From IMG/VR virus record IMGVR_UViG_3300038856_000064, positions 96,001 through 160,000 of that record: DNA of 64,000 nt; one strand, given 5' to 3'. The notes below the pieces were generated by a model. The model had not been told where the DNA came from. It searched no databases and was given only the letters and a program-made list of their open reading frames with translations. Every line of letters starts with the position of its first letter. The stretch's first letter is position 1. This document shows positions 1 to 10,658 of the stretch, in pieces. This stretch comes from a virus. Both the position numbers and the translations under genes were made by a program.

Positions 1-790
1 CTACCTTACGATTGATTAAGCGCACCTTTTGCTCTGACATACTCCAATACCAGTCATATGCAGTCGCCTCTAAGATACGAGTTATAGCTTCACTTAGTTT
101 GGTTCCATCAAAACTAAAACGAATAGCTGATGCATCACCACCGAGATTTGCCTCTAGGTCTTCCTTGCTGGGGATAGTGTCTAGGTCAAAATCGATCTCC
201 CCCTCGTCAATCGCTAGTTGAATAGCGTCAATAACCTGAGGATATGTACACCCCTGCTCTAGAACCTTTCGATATTCACGAAATAACTCTTCCGAGATAT
301 TACCCTCACTATCCGTAAATCCATCTGTGATTCTTACTCCACGAGCTACTGAAATTACTCCAGACCCAGGATTATCCCCCAAGTCTTCAGTAATTAATTT
401 TATTGCATCTAGACAACGACGGGTATCACGAATGTTAATTTGCAGAAGTGATCCTTGAGAATTGGCACTATACTCTGAGTGTATTATCTCTCCACTAGCA
501 AGGAACTCGCCAACTGTAAATCCTATAATGGAGCCTACTGCCGGAGCCTGACCACTAGCACCATGAAACCCCTTGGGGTCATCACGGGTCGGAACCCAGG
601 TGGTGTTGAATGAATGCGGCTGTGTGTTGAATCCAAATGAGGCATTGATCTGCACTAGAGCCGCCGCAAGGTCATGTCCTGGCTGGTTTGCCGGGACCTG
701 TCCAGACGGAAAAGTAACGACTGGTTGACAATCCCCTAGCCCTAGCCCCTCTATATCAATTTGCTGACCATTTAGATTAAAGTTTGCCAT
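1..790 (-). CDS. Putative tail/baseplate protein, partial (runs off window start)
   Basis: ATG at 790 directly after the stop of 792..1271; reads MANFNLNGQQIDIEGLG...; absent from the ORF track, consistent with no stop in the window; tail-module context. Confidence 0.6.
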   Translation of the reverse strand, partial: MANFNLNGQQIDIEGLGLGDCQPVVTFPSGQVPANQPGHDLAAALVQINASFGFNTQPHSFNTTWVPTRDDPKGFHGASGQAPAVGSIIGFTVGEFLASGEIIHSEYSANSQGSLLQINIRDTRRCLDAIKLITEDLGDNPGSGVISVARGVRITDGFTDSEGNISEELFREYRKVLEQGCTYPQVIDAIQLAIDEGEIDFDLDTIPSKEDLEANLGGDASAIRFSFDGTKLSEAITRILEATAYDWYWSMSEQKVRLINRKV

Positions 791-791
791 C

Positions 792-1271
792 CTAGTTACG
801 GATTAATCCTATCCCGCCATCATTCTTGTGATGAGTCTTTATATCACGATTTTCAACTATCACCCTGCCACTATCATCGTCAACCCAATGAATAGTCAAG
901 ACGTCACCCTTTAGTTCCCCAAACCCCTGCGCCTTCTCTTGGTGACCAGCCCAGTATGGATTGCTAGTTAGCATTTTCCTGATCCTTCTAGAATAGAAAT
1001 AGCCATCAGCCTGTGGCCGTAAGTCAATCTGGGCAGTCTGATTTAGATCTTTTCTGGCAAAAGCCATACTTAAGATTTTGCAATCATTATCTTTACAGAA
1101 TTGCTTCAGCCTTAACCATGAGTTAGGTTTGTCTAAACTGGCATTTTGCTCAGTCTGATAAATTTCGATCCCACAATCTAGAATAACCACCCAAAATCTC
1201 CAGAGGTCGCTCTCCTCCATCTTTGTAGCTAGATGGTATGGGGCGGCCTCTGCGCGTGTGCGCATATCCAT
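792..1271 (-). CDS. Hypothetical protein
   Basis: 159-aa ORF, AGGAGA RBS upstream, co-directional with module. Confidence 0.7.
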   Translation of the reverse strand: MDMRTRAEAAPYHLATKMEESDLWRFWVVILDCGIEIYQTEQNASLDKPNSWLRLKQFCKDNDCKILSMAFARKDLNQTAQIDLRPQADGYFYSRRIRKMLTSNPYWAGHQEKAQGFGELKGDVLTIHWVDDDSGRVIVENRDIKTHHKNDGGIGLIRN

Positions 1272-1285
1272 ATGTATCTCCTGTC

Positions 1286-1954
1286 CTATAGGAATTCAAT
1301 AACTGCGAACAAACCAAAGTCGCTACGTTCGCCAACCGTTTCCGGCGATGCTGATAGTCCGACAAAGAAGTCGTGAATTACCTCAGCAGTATTGCGATCT
1401 AAAAGAAGTAAACGATTATCGATAGCTCCAGCTCCCGCCATTTGAGTCCACGTAGAATCTACTGTAGGCTCATACCCCTGCACCTTTAGGTTGGTAACAA
1501 CACTACTTACGTCATCAACACCGCTAGATGCGTTTAGATTGACCGTATAGACGATACCATTTTGAGTCTGTACCTCACCAACGGTTGACTCAAAACGAAC
1601 CAATAATGTCCCTGATTCAGACGTAACATTGATTAAGGCAGTTTCTCCTAAGCCGCTTACATTTACTGTACTACTAGAAACGTATTTGTGATTAATTAAC
1701 TCGCCGCTTCCAGGAAGTCCGAAAGGATCTGCACCAAGGTTAGTTCCAGACGTATTAGTGATATACGTCTTATCTTGATAGCGATCAACGATAACAGCAA
1801 ACGGAGTCCCCTCTGGACCTCCAGCGCCAAAAAACCCGACATGGTTGGCACCACTGGTGTTACCAGGTGGATCCAATTGCTCAATCGCGACTATGCTCGT
1901 ATGATTGGAGCTAGCAGGCGATCCTGACGGGGCATAAAAGGTTATCGTACTCAC
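1286..1954 (-). CDS. Putative virion (tail) structural protein
   Basis: 222 aa, beta-rich S/G/T/V composition, AAGGAG RBS, late motif at 1984. Confidence 0.65.
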   Translation of the reverse strand: MSTITFYAPSGSPASSNHTSIVAIEQLDPPGNTSGANHVGFFGAGGPEGTPFAVIVDRYQDKTYITNTSGTNLGADPFGLPGSGELINHKYVSSSTVNVSGLGETALINVTSESGTLLVRFESTVGEVQTQNGIVYTVNLNASSGVDDVSSVVTNLKVQGYEPTVDSTWTQMAGAGAIDNRLLLLDRNTAEVIHDFFVGLSASPETVGERSDFGLFAVIEFL

Positions 1955-1983
1955 TTTGAATTCTCCTTACCAATAGAATATAT

Positions 1984-1991
1984 TACACTAA
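1984..1991 (-). promoter_or_regulatory. Putative late promoter motif TTAGTGTA
   Basis: Identical octamer upstream of seven minus-strand genes. Confidence 0.7.
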
Positions 1992-2000
1992 ATCGTACTA

Positions 2001-4187
2001 CTAAACGTCTAAGATCACCGATCTCCCACCAAAAATGCCATCGACAGGGGCAACCTGATTAATATGCGTAATAATAAAAGATGTGTCCATTTTTGCAAAA
2101 TAAACACTACCATCAAATGTCGAAAAATAAAGATAATTAAGACCCGTGGCCTCATCCCAAACTGCTGGACCGAAACTGTTAACGTCAGAAGCCTCAAGAG
2201 GTAAGCTCGGATCAAATGATATTACCGCAGAGGATGCTGGTGATATTGACATTTTATTTGGGATTGTAACTTGGTTGTTCGTTGTAACAGCTAGACGAAC
2301 TTGCCATGTTGGAAAGGAGCCAATAACATATGTGGTTGAGCTATACGATGTAGACGGAACCTGTTGTGTACTTTTAGAAGCTGTGCTAATCGAAGCAAAA
2401 CGATTTACTAGTGGAAATGAACCTGGCTCTCCCCACTGGAAGTATACCAGTCCGTTCACATTTACAAAACCATAGTTCTGCTTCCTCAAAAAGAAAAACG
2501 AAAAAATATTATTCACAGAATAGGTATTCTGAAAATACTTAGTCTGCTGAGTAGTAAAGGTAGGGGACTCTGGTGGATCAAGCTCAATCCAAATAAAGTT
2601 TCCTTCACTATCTGTTCCCTGCCTATATGTATGTTTTTCGTAAGTAATCGTAGCGGCTACCTTGTTGCCCCCGGCAGCGCGATCACCACCTGGTGATACT
2701 ATAGAGTCAATATACCCCCACTGAATGTAACGCTTACGCCAAATAACCTGGTCTGCCGCCATAATGTCACCAACGTCAAAGTTGGTACTTGGGGCTGATC
2801 CAAAAACACTTGGTCGCGGTTCAAGAGCGGAAGTTGAAAAGATAGACCAGTTTACGGGATAAAATCTATTATTTGTCGTAGCCCACTCAAATCTTGAAGA
2901 ATCTCCACCAGCTAATGGAGTAGTAACCCTATCATAAAAATAAACATCATTACCATTAGCATACCCTAATCTACCAGTGATATCAACGCCCCTAGAGTTT
3001 ACTGCACTATCCACAAAGTGACCAAAAACCCTTCTTCCGTTTATCAAGCTACGACCAACTGGTAAGCCATTCGGATTGACTTCATTTAGGTTATATAGTA
3101 AACGATCAACGATATGGACTCCACGATGAGCTATTCCATTCGGATCTATTCCACTTGTTGCATGATAATTACCTGGCCATGTTTGAATAAGCTGTCCGCT
3201 AGTGCCGGCATCAGAGACATCTAGCATATAAACATTATCACTAGAAAGTCCCGCGGGAATATCATATATAGCCTGGCGCCCTGATGCGTTGACACATCCA
3301 CTATTTTGTGTTTCGTAATATAAATTGAGCTGATCTCCTGCGGGAAATCTAGCCCATGGTATATTTTGAACAAAGTCCCCCTCGGTTGCTCCAGTCTGTC
3401 CTGAGCCAGTTAATAGCTTGAGCGTCGTTCCCTCTACTAATGCATCTCCAGTTATCAATGCACCACCAGAAGATGATACATCTAGACCAAGAAGACCATA
3501 CTTTTCTTTATCGAGATCGGTAAATGTAGGAAGTGATCCGTTTGGCAACGCTGCTGGAAAGATTGGCCTGATAGGCAAGTTGGATGTGCCAACTGCTGAA
3601 GCGGTAGGACGTGTAAACGGCTGCCACTGCACTTCATCCATATCAATGTCTTGAAATTGTAATGCACCTAACTCGACTGTCTCACCTGGTATAATTGTGC
3701 TAGATGGTGCTACCGGCACCGTATTGGTCGGAGCAGGATGAACGTAATTTAAGTCCGAGGTTCCAGACGCACTCGTATTATCCAAATCATAAACCGCTCG
3801 ATTACGACGCATATGTGCTTTAAAAAATTCATCAGACGAATACTGAGAATCAGAAGCATGAAGTGCGGTTACGTCCTCTAATAAATCGCGAAGATCTAAA
3901 ATGTAGTCTGCGTAATGTGGCGTGGCTTGTTCGTATCCACTAGCCGAAAGAGTCGGCTCAATATTAATCGATAGCGCCGCATCCTTGTTGATGTAAAGTT
4001 CAATTGGTGAGTCAACTGGATGCGATGCTATCGGAGTGAATAATCTCTTATCTAGAAGCAGTCCAAATGCGGGAATAGAAAAATAGCGCCCCTCATACCC
4101 AACGCGATCCGACTCATCTAGTCGGAATGGTTCACGAGCATAAGGGTACGGACGATAAAGAAATTCAAATCCGCTTACGCCTGTCAT
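2001..4187 (-). CDS. Putative tail/baseplate protein
   Basis: 728-aa ORF, S/G/T/P-rich, overlaps stop of the LamG gene. Confidence 0.65.
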   Translation of the reverse strand: MTGVSGFEFLYRPYPYAREPFRLDESDRVGYEGRYFSIPAFGLLLDKRLFTPIASHPVDSPIELYINKDAALSINIEPTLSASGYEQATPHYADYILDLRDLLEDVTALHASDSQYSSDEFFKAHMRRNRAVYDLDNTSASGTSDLNYVHPAPTNTVPVAPSSTIIPGETVELGALQFQDIDMDEVQWQPFTRPTASAVGTSNLPIRPIFPAALPNGSLPTFTDLDKEKYGLLGLDVSSSGGALITGDALVEGTTLKLLTGSGQTGATEGDFVQNIPWARFPAGDQLNLYYETQNSGCVNASGRQAIYDIPAGLSSDNVYMLDVSDAGTSGQLIQTWPGNYHATSGIDPNGIAHRGVHIVDRLLYNLNEVNPNGLPVGRSLINGRRVFGHFVDSAVNSRGVDITGRLGYANGNDVYFYDRVTTPLAGGDSSRFEWATTNNRFYPVNWSIFSTSALEPRPSVFGSAPSTNFDVGDIMAADQVIWRKRYIQWGYIDSIVSPGGDRAAGGNKVAATITYEKHTYRQGTDSEGNFIWIELDPPESPTFTTQQTKYFQNTYSVNNIFSFFFLRKQNYGFVNVNGLVYFQWGEPGSFPLVNRFASISTASKSTQQVPSTSYSSTTYVIGSFPTWQVRLAVTTNNQVTIPNKMSISPASSAVISFDPSLPLEASDVNSFGPAVWDEATGLNYLYFSTFDGSVYFAKMDTSFIITHINQVAPVDGIFGGRSVILDV

Positions 4188-7100
4188 TCTAAATAATCAA
4201 TCCCATCCGATAAAGAATCTGATACGATACCCCACTGTCCGCTCATGGCCCAAACTGGTGTGTAGTGCCCTGGCATGGTATAGTCATGTGTCCTTACAAA
4301 ATCTATAAATTGAGTGCCAGATGGTACCTCTAGACTGTTCACAAGACTTTCTTGCATGTCGGCAAAATCTGTATACTCTAATATTCCACTAGTTGTATCT
4401 AGTCCAGATAGGGAATGAGTTAAGAATGCCCTGTGAATAGAGCTACCAGTTGTTGGTGTACCAGATAGTGAGATGCCGGGTAGGGTAGCTAGGTATGCTC
4501 CAGAAGTAGATCCAGATGGCAACAATAGGAATGGTCGGGCGCAACTAGTGCGGTATCCATAACTATCCAACACCTCAATCTTAATAGTATACCATCCTGG
4601 CGTATCAAAGACACGAGAAGCCTCATATAAGCCACTAAATGGAACGCCGTCAATCAGAGTACCCTTTTCCGCACCCTTAAAATCAGCAAACGTAAATCGG
4701 ACTTGGGTAATATCCTTGTCGTCTTGTGCAATTCCACTTCCGCGCACTGTCAAGGTATATGGTAACCCTGAAGTTATAGTTCCGACTACTGGAAGCTCTA
4801 GCGTGCATTCTGGTGGCTGAGTAATTCTGATGACACCCAGCTTCGCATCAAAAGAATAGATCTCTGTTTTTTCTACAGCAAGTCTAGCGTCAAAATCGCT
4901 TGAAGTCACTATTTGGAATGTTAGGGTGGCATCAAACTCATTACTTGTCTCACACGAGCCAAACATATAGTGTCCGACTAGTCCACTGACAACGTCCACA
5001 CCACGCATGAAGTGTCCAAAAATTCCACTTTGTGAATCTGCACCATGCAAAAATCCACCAACCAATCCACTAGTTATGATCTTGCCATGAATATAACCAC
5101 CATAAGTGCTGACGGTGCCAGAAACACCACTGATATGACCAGCGGTTAATGCCGTTTGTTCTCCGACACCATACATATACGCGCCTACAAGACCAGAAAC
5201 AATATTCTGCGCTAGTCCCTCAATCCACATACCAACAGTAGTGTCTTCGTTTTGTGTACCAGTATTAAAATTGTAAGAGTTCGCTGCCAAGCCCGAAATC
5301 TCTGGAAGTGTTAAAGCCCTACTAAATAACATCCAGTCATCCAGCAGACCTGAAAACGCACTACCTCCAGCAAGAGCATCTGATTCTGCATCACCCCTTC
5401 CTCCAAGAGCTAATCCAGAATTATTGATAGGAACCTCAACTAGATCAACGAATGATGTCCCCGCATATCGTCCATTTACCATCACGGCAAATTCATCATT
5501 ATCACGATCATATGTTACTGCTAGGTGGTTCCACTGTTGTGGAGCTAGGTCACCATTTTGTGCAGAGGTCGTCACGTCACCAGACGCGACTGCTATAGCC
5601 TGCAAAGAGTCTGATGGGCTATAAATCTTGACACCGGTTGGTGAAGAGTCTGGACCACTACCCTTATTAAGAATTACGTGTTCATCTGTGGCACTAACAG
5701 ATGGAGGGATTACCCATCCTAGGGCAGTCCATGATTGGGATCCAGAGCCAAGGTCTAACCTTTTAGCCTGAGAATTATTAGGTATCGTATCAAAATATTC
5801 TGTCTGACGAACAACAGCTCCGCTCTCGTGAATCGCAGGCTGAACACCTAAGCCGTGACCATCTTCATTGACTGGGAATAGATGATTTTGTTCCCTGCCA
5901 AAATCAATAGCAAATTTACCAGCTCGATCAAATCTCCAGTGGCTAATATTTGCAGGATCAGTATTAGAAACAGAATTTGTCCCTAATGTGTCATTATTAA
6001 AACCAAGACGTCCAACCTTACTTAGCTCATCATGTGATGCCCCACCCGCATATACGAACGGAGCTTGAATTAGTGTTCCGGAAGGAAATCCTTGTTGACG
6101 TCCAGCTACATTGAAAAGGCTAAAACCACTAGGTGTTGATGTATGGAGAGCATCTAGAGAAGTAAGGGAGGGGGAATATCCTACATTTCTTAAAAGGGTG
6201 GCGTCATCGACATCATCAGTATTTACGTAGAGGTTGGCAATAGTCGAGCCTCCGGATGGTCTTACGCTGGCGGCAATAAAGAACGGTGTGTCAAACGGCA
6301 CTTCTTCATTTGCAGTCACTGTATCAATAGATGAATCGCCAATTCTAACATTCAAGAATGGTATATTATCACTTATTCCTAATTGCCAAGAATTATTATC
6401 AGCCTCAGTTCCCCACGATCCCATAATGTGATGGTCGCCATATAGACCACTAGAGCCATTACCCTGAGTCTCTAAGTCGCCTGATGGAAGATACACAAAT
6501 GCACCCGCCGAAAATCCGCTAGATGACATCAATGAAGAGGTAGAGAAGTCTAGTATGGATCCCGTGAATGCGCGCTCAGTTAATACTATAGAGCCACTAA
6601 CATTAACTTGTAGCGAGTTACTGGAGACTGTGCTATTAAGTTCAGTATCAGAGACCTCTACGGCGCCACTTACATTCGTAAGGTGATGTCTATACCAACT
6701 CTGATCATTATAGCGAACACCAGAAACGCCATCCGGATCATATATAACCTCATTACTGTCATCGAAAATCCAATAACCATAAGTTTGTTTGAATGATGTA
6801 CTGAACGGTGAGATGTCAGGTTGTACAACTAGGCCACTAAGGGCAAAGCCAGACATTTCTGGTAGGGTTAATTTGCGTGAAAAGACAGCCCAATCATCAA
6901 ATAGTGGACGACTAGTAGTAGACGTATCATTAATTGCAGCCCACCCAAAGAAAGAATTAGGATCACTAAGTAACATTTCTTTGCTAAGCCCAGACTCTGC
7001 ACCGATTCGCACATCCTCTACTCTGATACGCTTCGCGTCACGGACAGAATATATGACGTTAGTCTTAAAATCAAATACCAAGCCCCACAACTGCCACGCA

Positions 7101-8680
7101 TCCTCTTTAGTTCCAGCAAGACCACCACCAACATTTGCTAATCCGGCTAATGGGCCATTACTAACTGAATCTGAAATTCCACTAGGTGAATATTCAATTC
7201 CTCGTCCACGATCAACTCCTGGACCGGCAGAAAAACCATTAGACCAGTCACCTATGCCCCACGCGGTATGATCGCTGGTGTCGGTGGAAAACCACCCAAG
7301 GGCGCCACCGTAGCGCGTTATAGACCCAGTAGACTGTGGGTTCATCCATCCGATCCACGTCCACTCATGACTAACGTTGATATCTGGGAAAAGATAATTT
7401 ATTCCGGACTCACCCGGAACCCTAGGGAAATCAGTAACAGGAGTAACAGTATTGTCTCGATCTACCTCCGCGTTTGGCCGAATACCGCTACCTCCGCGTA
7501 TGCCAGGAACTGGAGTTACATTCTCCATTAAGACATCTAGAAGATCATTACTATTAGCACTATTGGTTCCCGTTTGATCATCGAATGTCCAATAGGCTAC
7601 TAAGTTTGTAGATGCGGGATTCTCAGGAACAAAGTCTGGGTGTGTTGGGTCGCTAGTTGTTAAGTGATTGATGCCACTATTCATGTAGTGAGCGATACGC
7701 CCCTCTTCCATGTGTCCATCTAAGACGCAAACCCATTCATCTAGAATAGAGTTAGGTGGAATGTGGTGAGTCTCTGTAGCAGTGCCTTCCGCACATAAGG
7801 AGTCTTGAGCAAACGCCCAAATGTTTTCTGTAGCTGTTGTGCGAATGAACCTAGTATCATTGTCATTAAACTCATGAGTCGCGATCTTGGTAAGGCCACT
7901 AACGGTGGTCCCCACAAAAATGTTCACCACTCCACTGCCCTGAACATTGTTATTCCAGCCACCGGGGATCTCATTCTCTCGATGAAACTGAACTGCGACA
8001 AAAGCTGGTTCGTCGACAGGTAGTGGGTATGGGGTTCCGGCAGTATTAACAATAGTTCTAAGCGTATCACCGGCGAATCTATAACGAACAGAGAGCGAAT
8101 AATCTGATGGGCGATAGCTTAAGTTGAATGCTGAAAACGTGCCACCCTGGGCAGAGGCAAACTTATAGTTTCCGAAAATCTGTCTTGCGAATGCAGAGTT
8201 CGTGCCATCATCAGGAGGAACCTGAATCCATCCCATAACAGTAAAGCCAGACGGATATGTCGCAGCGCCCATTGGACATGGCGTGAACCCAAAGTTCGAA
8301 GCGCCAACTCCAGCATCACTGATCTGTTCAGGGTGAAAGAATAATACGTTACCGATATCTCCATTGTCCCAAGTGCTACCTCCAAACTGCGCGCCACTAA
8401 CACTATATGAGGCAAGACCCGACACAGCAGTTAAGTATGTAGTCGTTGACTGTCCACCTCTATACATTAAATGCCACTGGTGTGGTCCAGAGTCAACTAG
8501 CATACCAGACTGATATGACCTATCTAAGCTACCAGTTGCAGTTGGATAATCTTGAACCTTCAGCTCTACCGACCCTGGTGTAGCGCCCTCGTCACCAAAA
8601 CGAAACCACCACATTAATAGCGGATTATCAGACCTCCAATATAGGTCATCACTACCATGAGCTGTCCAAGCGTCTACCAT
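4184..8680 (-). CDS. Large tail protein with tandem LamG/concanavalin A-like domains (candidate receptor-binding protein)
   Basis: Repeated LamG signatures: LVAYWTFDD, WTWIGWM, FDDWAVFSRKLTLPEM, WNHLAVTYD, FSGLLDDWMLFSRALTLPEI; PKD/Ig-like C-terminus. Confidence 0.8.
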   Translation of the reverse strand: MVDAWTAHGSDDLYWRSDNPLLMWWFRFGDEGATPGSVELKVQDYPTATGSLDRSYQSGMLVDSGPHQWHLMYRGGQSTTTYLTAVSGLASYSVSGAQFGGSTWDNGDIGNVLFFHPEQISDAGVGASNFGFTPCPMGAATYPSGFTVMGWIQVPPDDGTNSAFARQIFGNYKFASAQGGTFSAFNLSYRPSDYSLSVRYRFAGDTLRTIVNTAGTPYPLPVDEPAFVAVQFHRENEIPGGWNNNVQGSGVVNIFVGTTVSGLTKIATHEFNDNDTRFIRTTATENIWAFAQDSLCAEGTATETHHIPPNSILDEWVCVLDGHMEEGRIAHYMNSGINHLTTSDPTHPDFVPENPASTNLVAYWTFDDQTGTNSANSNDLLDVLMENVTPVPGIRGGSGIRPNAEVDRDNTVTPVTDFPRVPGESGINYLFPDINVSHEWTWIGWMNPQSTGSITRYGGALGWFSTDTSDHTAWGIGDWSNGFSAGPGVDRGRGIEYSPSGISDSVSNGPLAGLANVGGGLAGTKEDAWQLWGLVFDFKTNVIYSVRDAKRIRVEDVRIGAESGLSKEMLLSDPNSFFGWAAINDTSTTSRPLFDDWAVFSRKLTLPEMSGFALSGLVVQPDISPFSTSFKQTYGYWIFDDSNEVIYDPDGVSGVRYNDQSWYRHHLTNVSGAVEVSDTELNSTVSSNSLQVNVSGSIVLTERAFTGSILDFSTSSLMSSSGFSAGAFVYLPSGDLETQGNGSSGLYGDHHIMGSWGTEADNNSWQLGISDNIPFLNVRIGDSSIDTVTANEEVPFDTPFFIAASVRPSGGSTIANLYVNTDDVDDATLLRNVGYSPSLTSLDALHTSTPSGFSLFNVAGRQQGFPSGTLIQAPFVYAGGASHDELSKVGRLGFNNDTLGTNSVSNTDPANISHWRFDRAGKFAIDFGREQNHLFPVNEDGHGLGVQPAIHESGAVVRQTEYFDTIPNNSQAKRLDLGSGSQSWTALGWVIPPSVSATDEHVILNKGSGPDSSPTGVKIYSPSDSLQAIAVASGDVTTSAQNGDLAPQQWNHLAVTYDRDNDEFAVMVNGRYAGTSFVDLVEVPINNSGLALGGRGDAESDALAGGSAFSGLLDDWMLFSRALTLPEISGLAANSYNFNTGTQNEDTTVGMWIEGLAQNIVSGLVGAYMYGVGEQTALTAGHISGVSGTVSTYGGYIHGKIITSGLVGGFLHGADSQSGIFGHFMRGVDVVSGLVGHYMFGSCETSNEFDATLTFQIVTSSDFDARLAVEKTEIYSFDAKLGVIRITQPPECTLELPVVGTITSGLPYTLTVRGSGIAQDDKDITQVRFTFADFKGAEKGTLIDGVPFSGLYEASRVFDTPGWYTIKIEVLDSYGYRTSCARPFLLLPSGSTSGAYLATLPGISLSGTPTTGSSIHRAFLTHSLSGLDTTSGILEYTDFADMQESLVNSLEVPSGTQFIDFVRTHDYTMPGHYTPVWAMSGQWGIVSDSLSDGIDYLE

Positions 8681-8681
8681 A

Positions 8682-9179
8682 TTATGATTCTAGATGTACT
8701 GTTCCTAAATACGGATCAACAATGTAAGTCTGAATGACATCGTCACTATTATCCAAGCCAACTAATTTAATTGCTACCAGACGATAATCATATGGAGTGG
8801 GACGACATGTCGCGACCCAATCAAACCCCCCACTATCATGATCTAGGTGCTCAAATACGACAGCTAGAGATCCTAGGGCAAAATCTTCATCAGGACAAAA
8901 TCTACATTCATAGGAGTTCCCGTTGTCGCACAAAACTGACACCCTATCTTCTTTTGGGGAATACCCAACAACCATTCCATGATGTTTATGAACACTATTA
9001 ATCGCCGTTCCTACAACCCTTACGGCATTAAGTGTAGTCGGGAAAATGACCTTGCAACTTCTGCTTATCTCAAAGGCGTCATGATAATCTACATATACAC
9101 GAACACCTTTTAGTGCCCCATTATCTCCATATGTAAATGGCTCATAAGTCAGATTATGACTAAAAAGTGTACCTTCCAA
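8682..9179 (-). CDS. Hypothetical protein
   Basis: 165-aa ORF tightly packed against the LamG gene. Confidence 0.6.
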   Translation of the reverse strand: MEGTLFSHNLTYEPFTYGDNGALKGVRVYVDYHDAFEISRSCKVIFPTTLNAVRVVGTAINSVHKHHGMVVGYSPKEDRVSVLCDNGNSYECRFCPDEDFALGSLAVVFEHLDHDSGGFDWVATCRPTPYDYRLVAIKLVGLDNSDDVIQTYIVDPYLGTVHLES

Positions 9180-9198
9180 AATCCTACCCTAATCCTAT

Positions 9199-9233
9199 AA
9201 AAAGCGGCTACCTTCACCAACGAAGGCAGCCGC
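9199..9233 (-). terminator. Rho-independent terminator
   Basis: GCGGCTGCCTTC...GAAGGTAGCCGC stem then TTTTT on minus strand. Confidence 0.8.
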
Positions 9234-9257
9234 CAAAACCGCTATGATTTATTCATA

Positions 9258-9443
9258 TCACGCAATCGTGAATGGGTTCGTTAGTGTGACTTCTGTGACC
9301 GCTAGACGCGACACGAATTGTGCAACACCAACAAAAGCACCATCACTAATACGACGATCGCTGTACTGGAGTAGCGTGCGGGACGCACTCATACGCATAC
9401 GATTGACGTTATTGTTGCTGCTTGCTGCGTTAATAGTTGCCAT
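9258..9443 (-). CDS. Small late protein (61 aa), own promoter and terminator
   Basis: AGGAGG RBS, late motif at 9507, terminator at 9199-9233. Confidence 0.75.
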   Translation of the reverse strand: MATINAASSNNNVNRMRMSASRTLLQYSDRRISDGAFVGVAQFVSRLAVTEVTLTNPFTIA

Positions 9444-9506
9444 GGTTACCTCCTAAATAAAGAACTAGTTCTTTGCTAGCATGGGGGATTATCCCCTAGG
9501 TTGTAA

Positions 9507-9514
9507 TACACTAA
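9507..9514 (-). promoter_or_regulatory. Putative late promoter motif TTAGTGTA
   Basis: Octamer in intergenic gap upstream of 9443. Confidence 0.7.
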
Positions 9515-9527
9515 AACACTAGCTTTT

Positions 9528-10118
9528 CTAATAGAAATCGTAGCTCAGCCTTACACGAAGTAGCCCACTACCACAAACGCCGTATGTTCCTACGGGAAAC
9601 GAGGCATCTAGAAACAATCTTAGATAAATCCACTCAGAGACATTACTGTCATTAAAGCTAGTGATATTGGATCCGCCATCGATACGACGCACGTTAAATT
9701 GGTCCGGAACGGTTTCTGAAAGGGTCTGGCCAGCGCCACTTGGGAAGTTAAAATTAGGGGTCCATACCCCGCTAGTCTGAAATTGTAGATGTGATCCATC
9801 TAGATCTAAAACTGTCCCCGATCCTGCCGGGAGCCAAAGTTTCATATTCGTTACTGCCGAAAGACCAGATGCCTGTAAGTCCCCAAAGTTAGGAAAACAA
9901 AAATTTATGACTGTGATGTCCGACCCAACAAATGGGTCTCCAGCGCCTAGGTTTAGACGTAAGTTATTAAATGCCATTGCGTTAGAGCAACCGACACCCA
10001 CCACCTTGTCAAAGGCAAATCCTCCCGAAACTATATGACGTGTTCCGATAGGATCTGCAAGCTCGGAATTTTTCCAACTAGCAAATCTAATCTCGGGGAG
10101 TGGTAAGGCACTTGTCAT
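9528..10118 (-). CDS. Putative tail protein, paralog of 10128..10658
   Basis: C-terminus VSEWIYLRLFLDASFPVGTYG...YDF aligns with VSQYIYLAVYVDTDVPYGSYG...YDF. Confidence 0.7.
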   Translation of the reverse strand: MTSALPLPEIRFASWKNSELADPIGTRHIVSGGFAFDKVVGVGCSNAMAFNNLRLNLGAGDPFVGSDITVINFCFPNFGDLQASGLSAVTNMKLWLPAGSGTVLDLDGSHLQFQTSGVWTPNFNFPSGAGQTLSETVPDQFNVRRIDGGSNITSFNDSNVSEWIYLRLFLDASFPVGTYGVCGSGLLRVRLSYDFY

Positions 10119-10127
10119 TATATAACC

Positions 10128-10658
10128 TCACGAGAAGTCATAAATCATCTTATATCTAAAGCTTCCTGCCGAACATCCACCGTAACTTCCGTAAGGGACA
10201 TCAGTATCTACATAAACAGCTAGATAAATATATTGACTCACATGTCCGTCAAAGATCCCGCTAATCGTTGGGGCACCACTTGTGCTAATCACATTTTGCG
10301 ATGCTGGCTCAGATACCGGCAGGTCTGCGTCTGTCAACTCAAGCTGAAATCCCGGTCCCTGAAAATGGGTTGCAGTTTTATAGAGAAATCTGTAGCTTCC
10401 AGTATTAAACGCAGTTCCACTATCTAAAAAGAACTTTAGATTATAGATGCCAGATGCATCAGCAAGATCTGTTGCTCTAAAAATTAGAAGCTTTGTTTCA
10501 CTTATAGAACCTGAGGTTGTGGTATTTGTATTCCCAAAATCCAAGCAGCCAGTCACACTAGTATCTAAAACTTTGATTCCACTAGCAGAAATATCACGAA
10601 AACCACTGGGGTCGACGTCTTTTGAGAACTGGATAAATTCTACTGATGGAAAGGCCAT
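10128..10658 (-). CDS. Putative tail protein, paralog of 9528..10118
   Basis: As above; tail-module position. Confidence 0.7.
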   Translation of the reverse strand: MAFPSVEFIQFSKDVDPSGFRDISASGIKVLDTSVTGCLDFGNTNTTTSGSISETKLLIFRATDLADASGIYNLKFFLDSGTAFNTGSYRFLYKTATHFQGPGFQLELTDADLPVSEPASQNVISTSGAPTISGIFDGHVSQYIYLAVYVDTDVPYGSYGGCSAGSFRYKMIYDFS

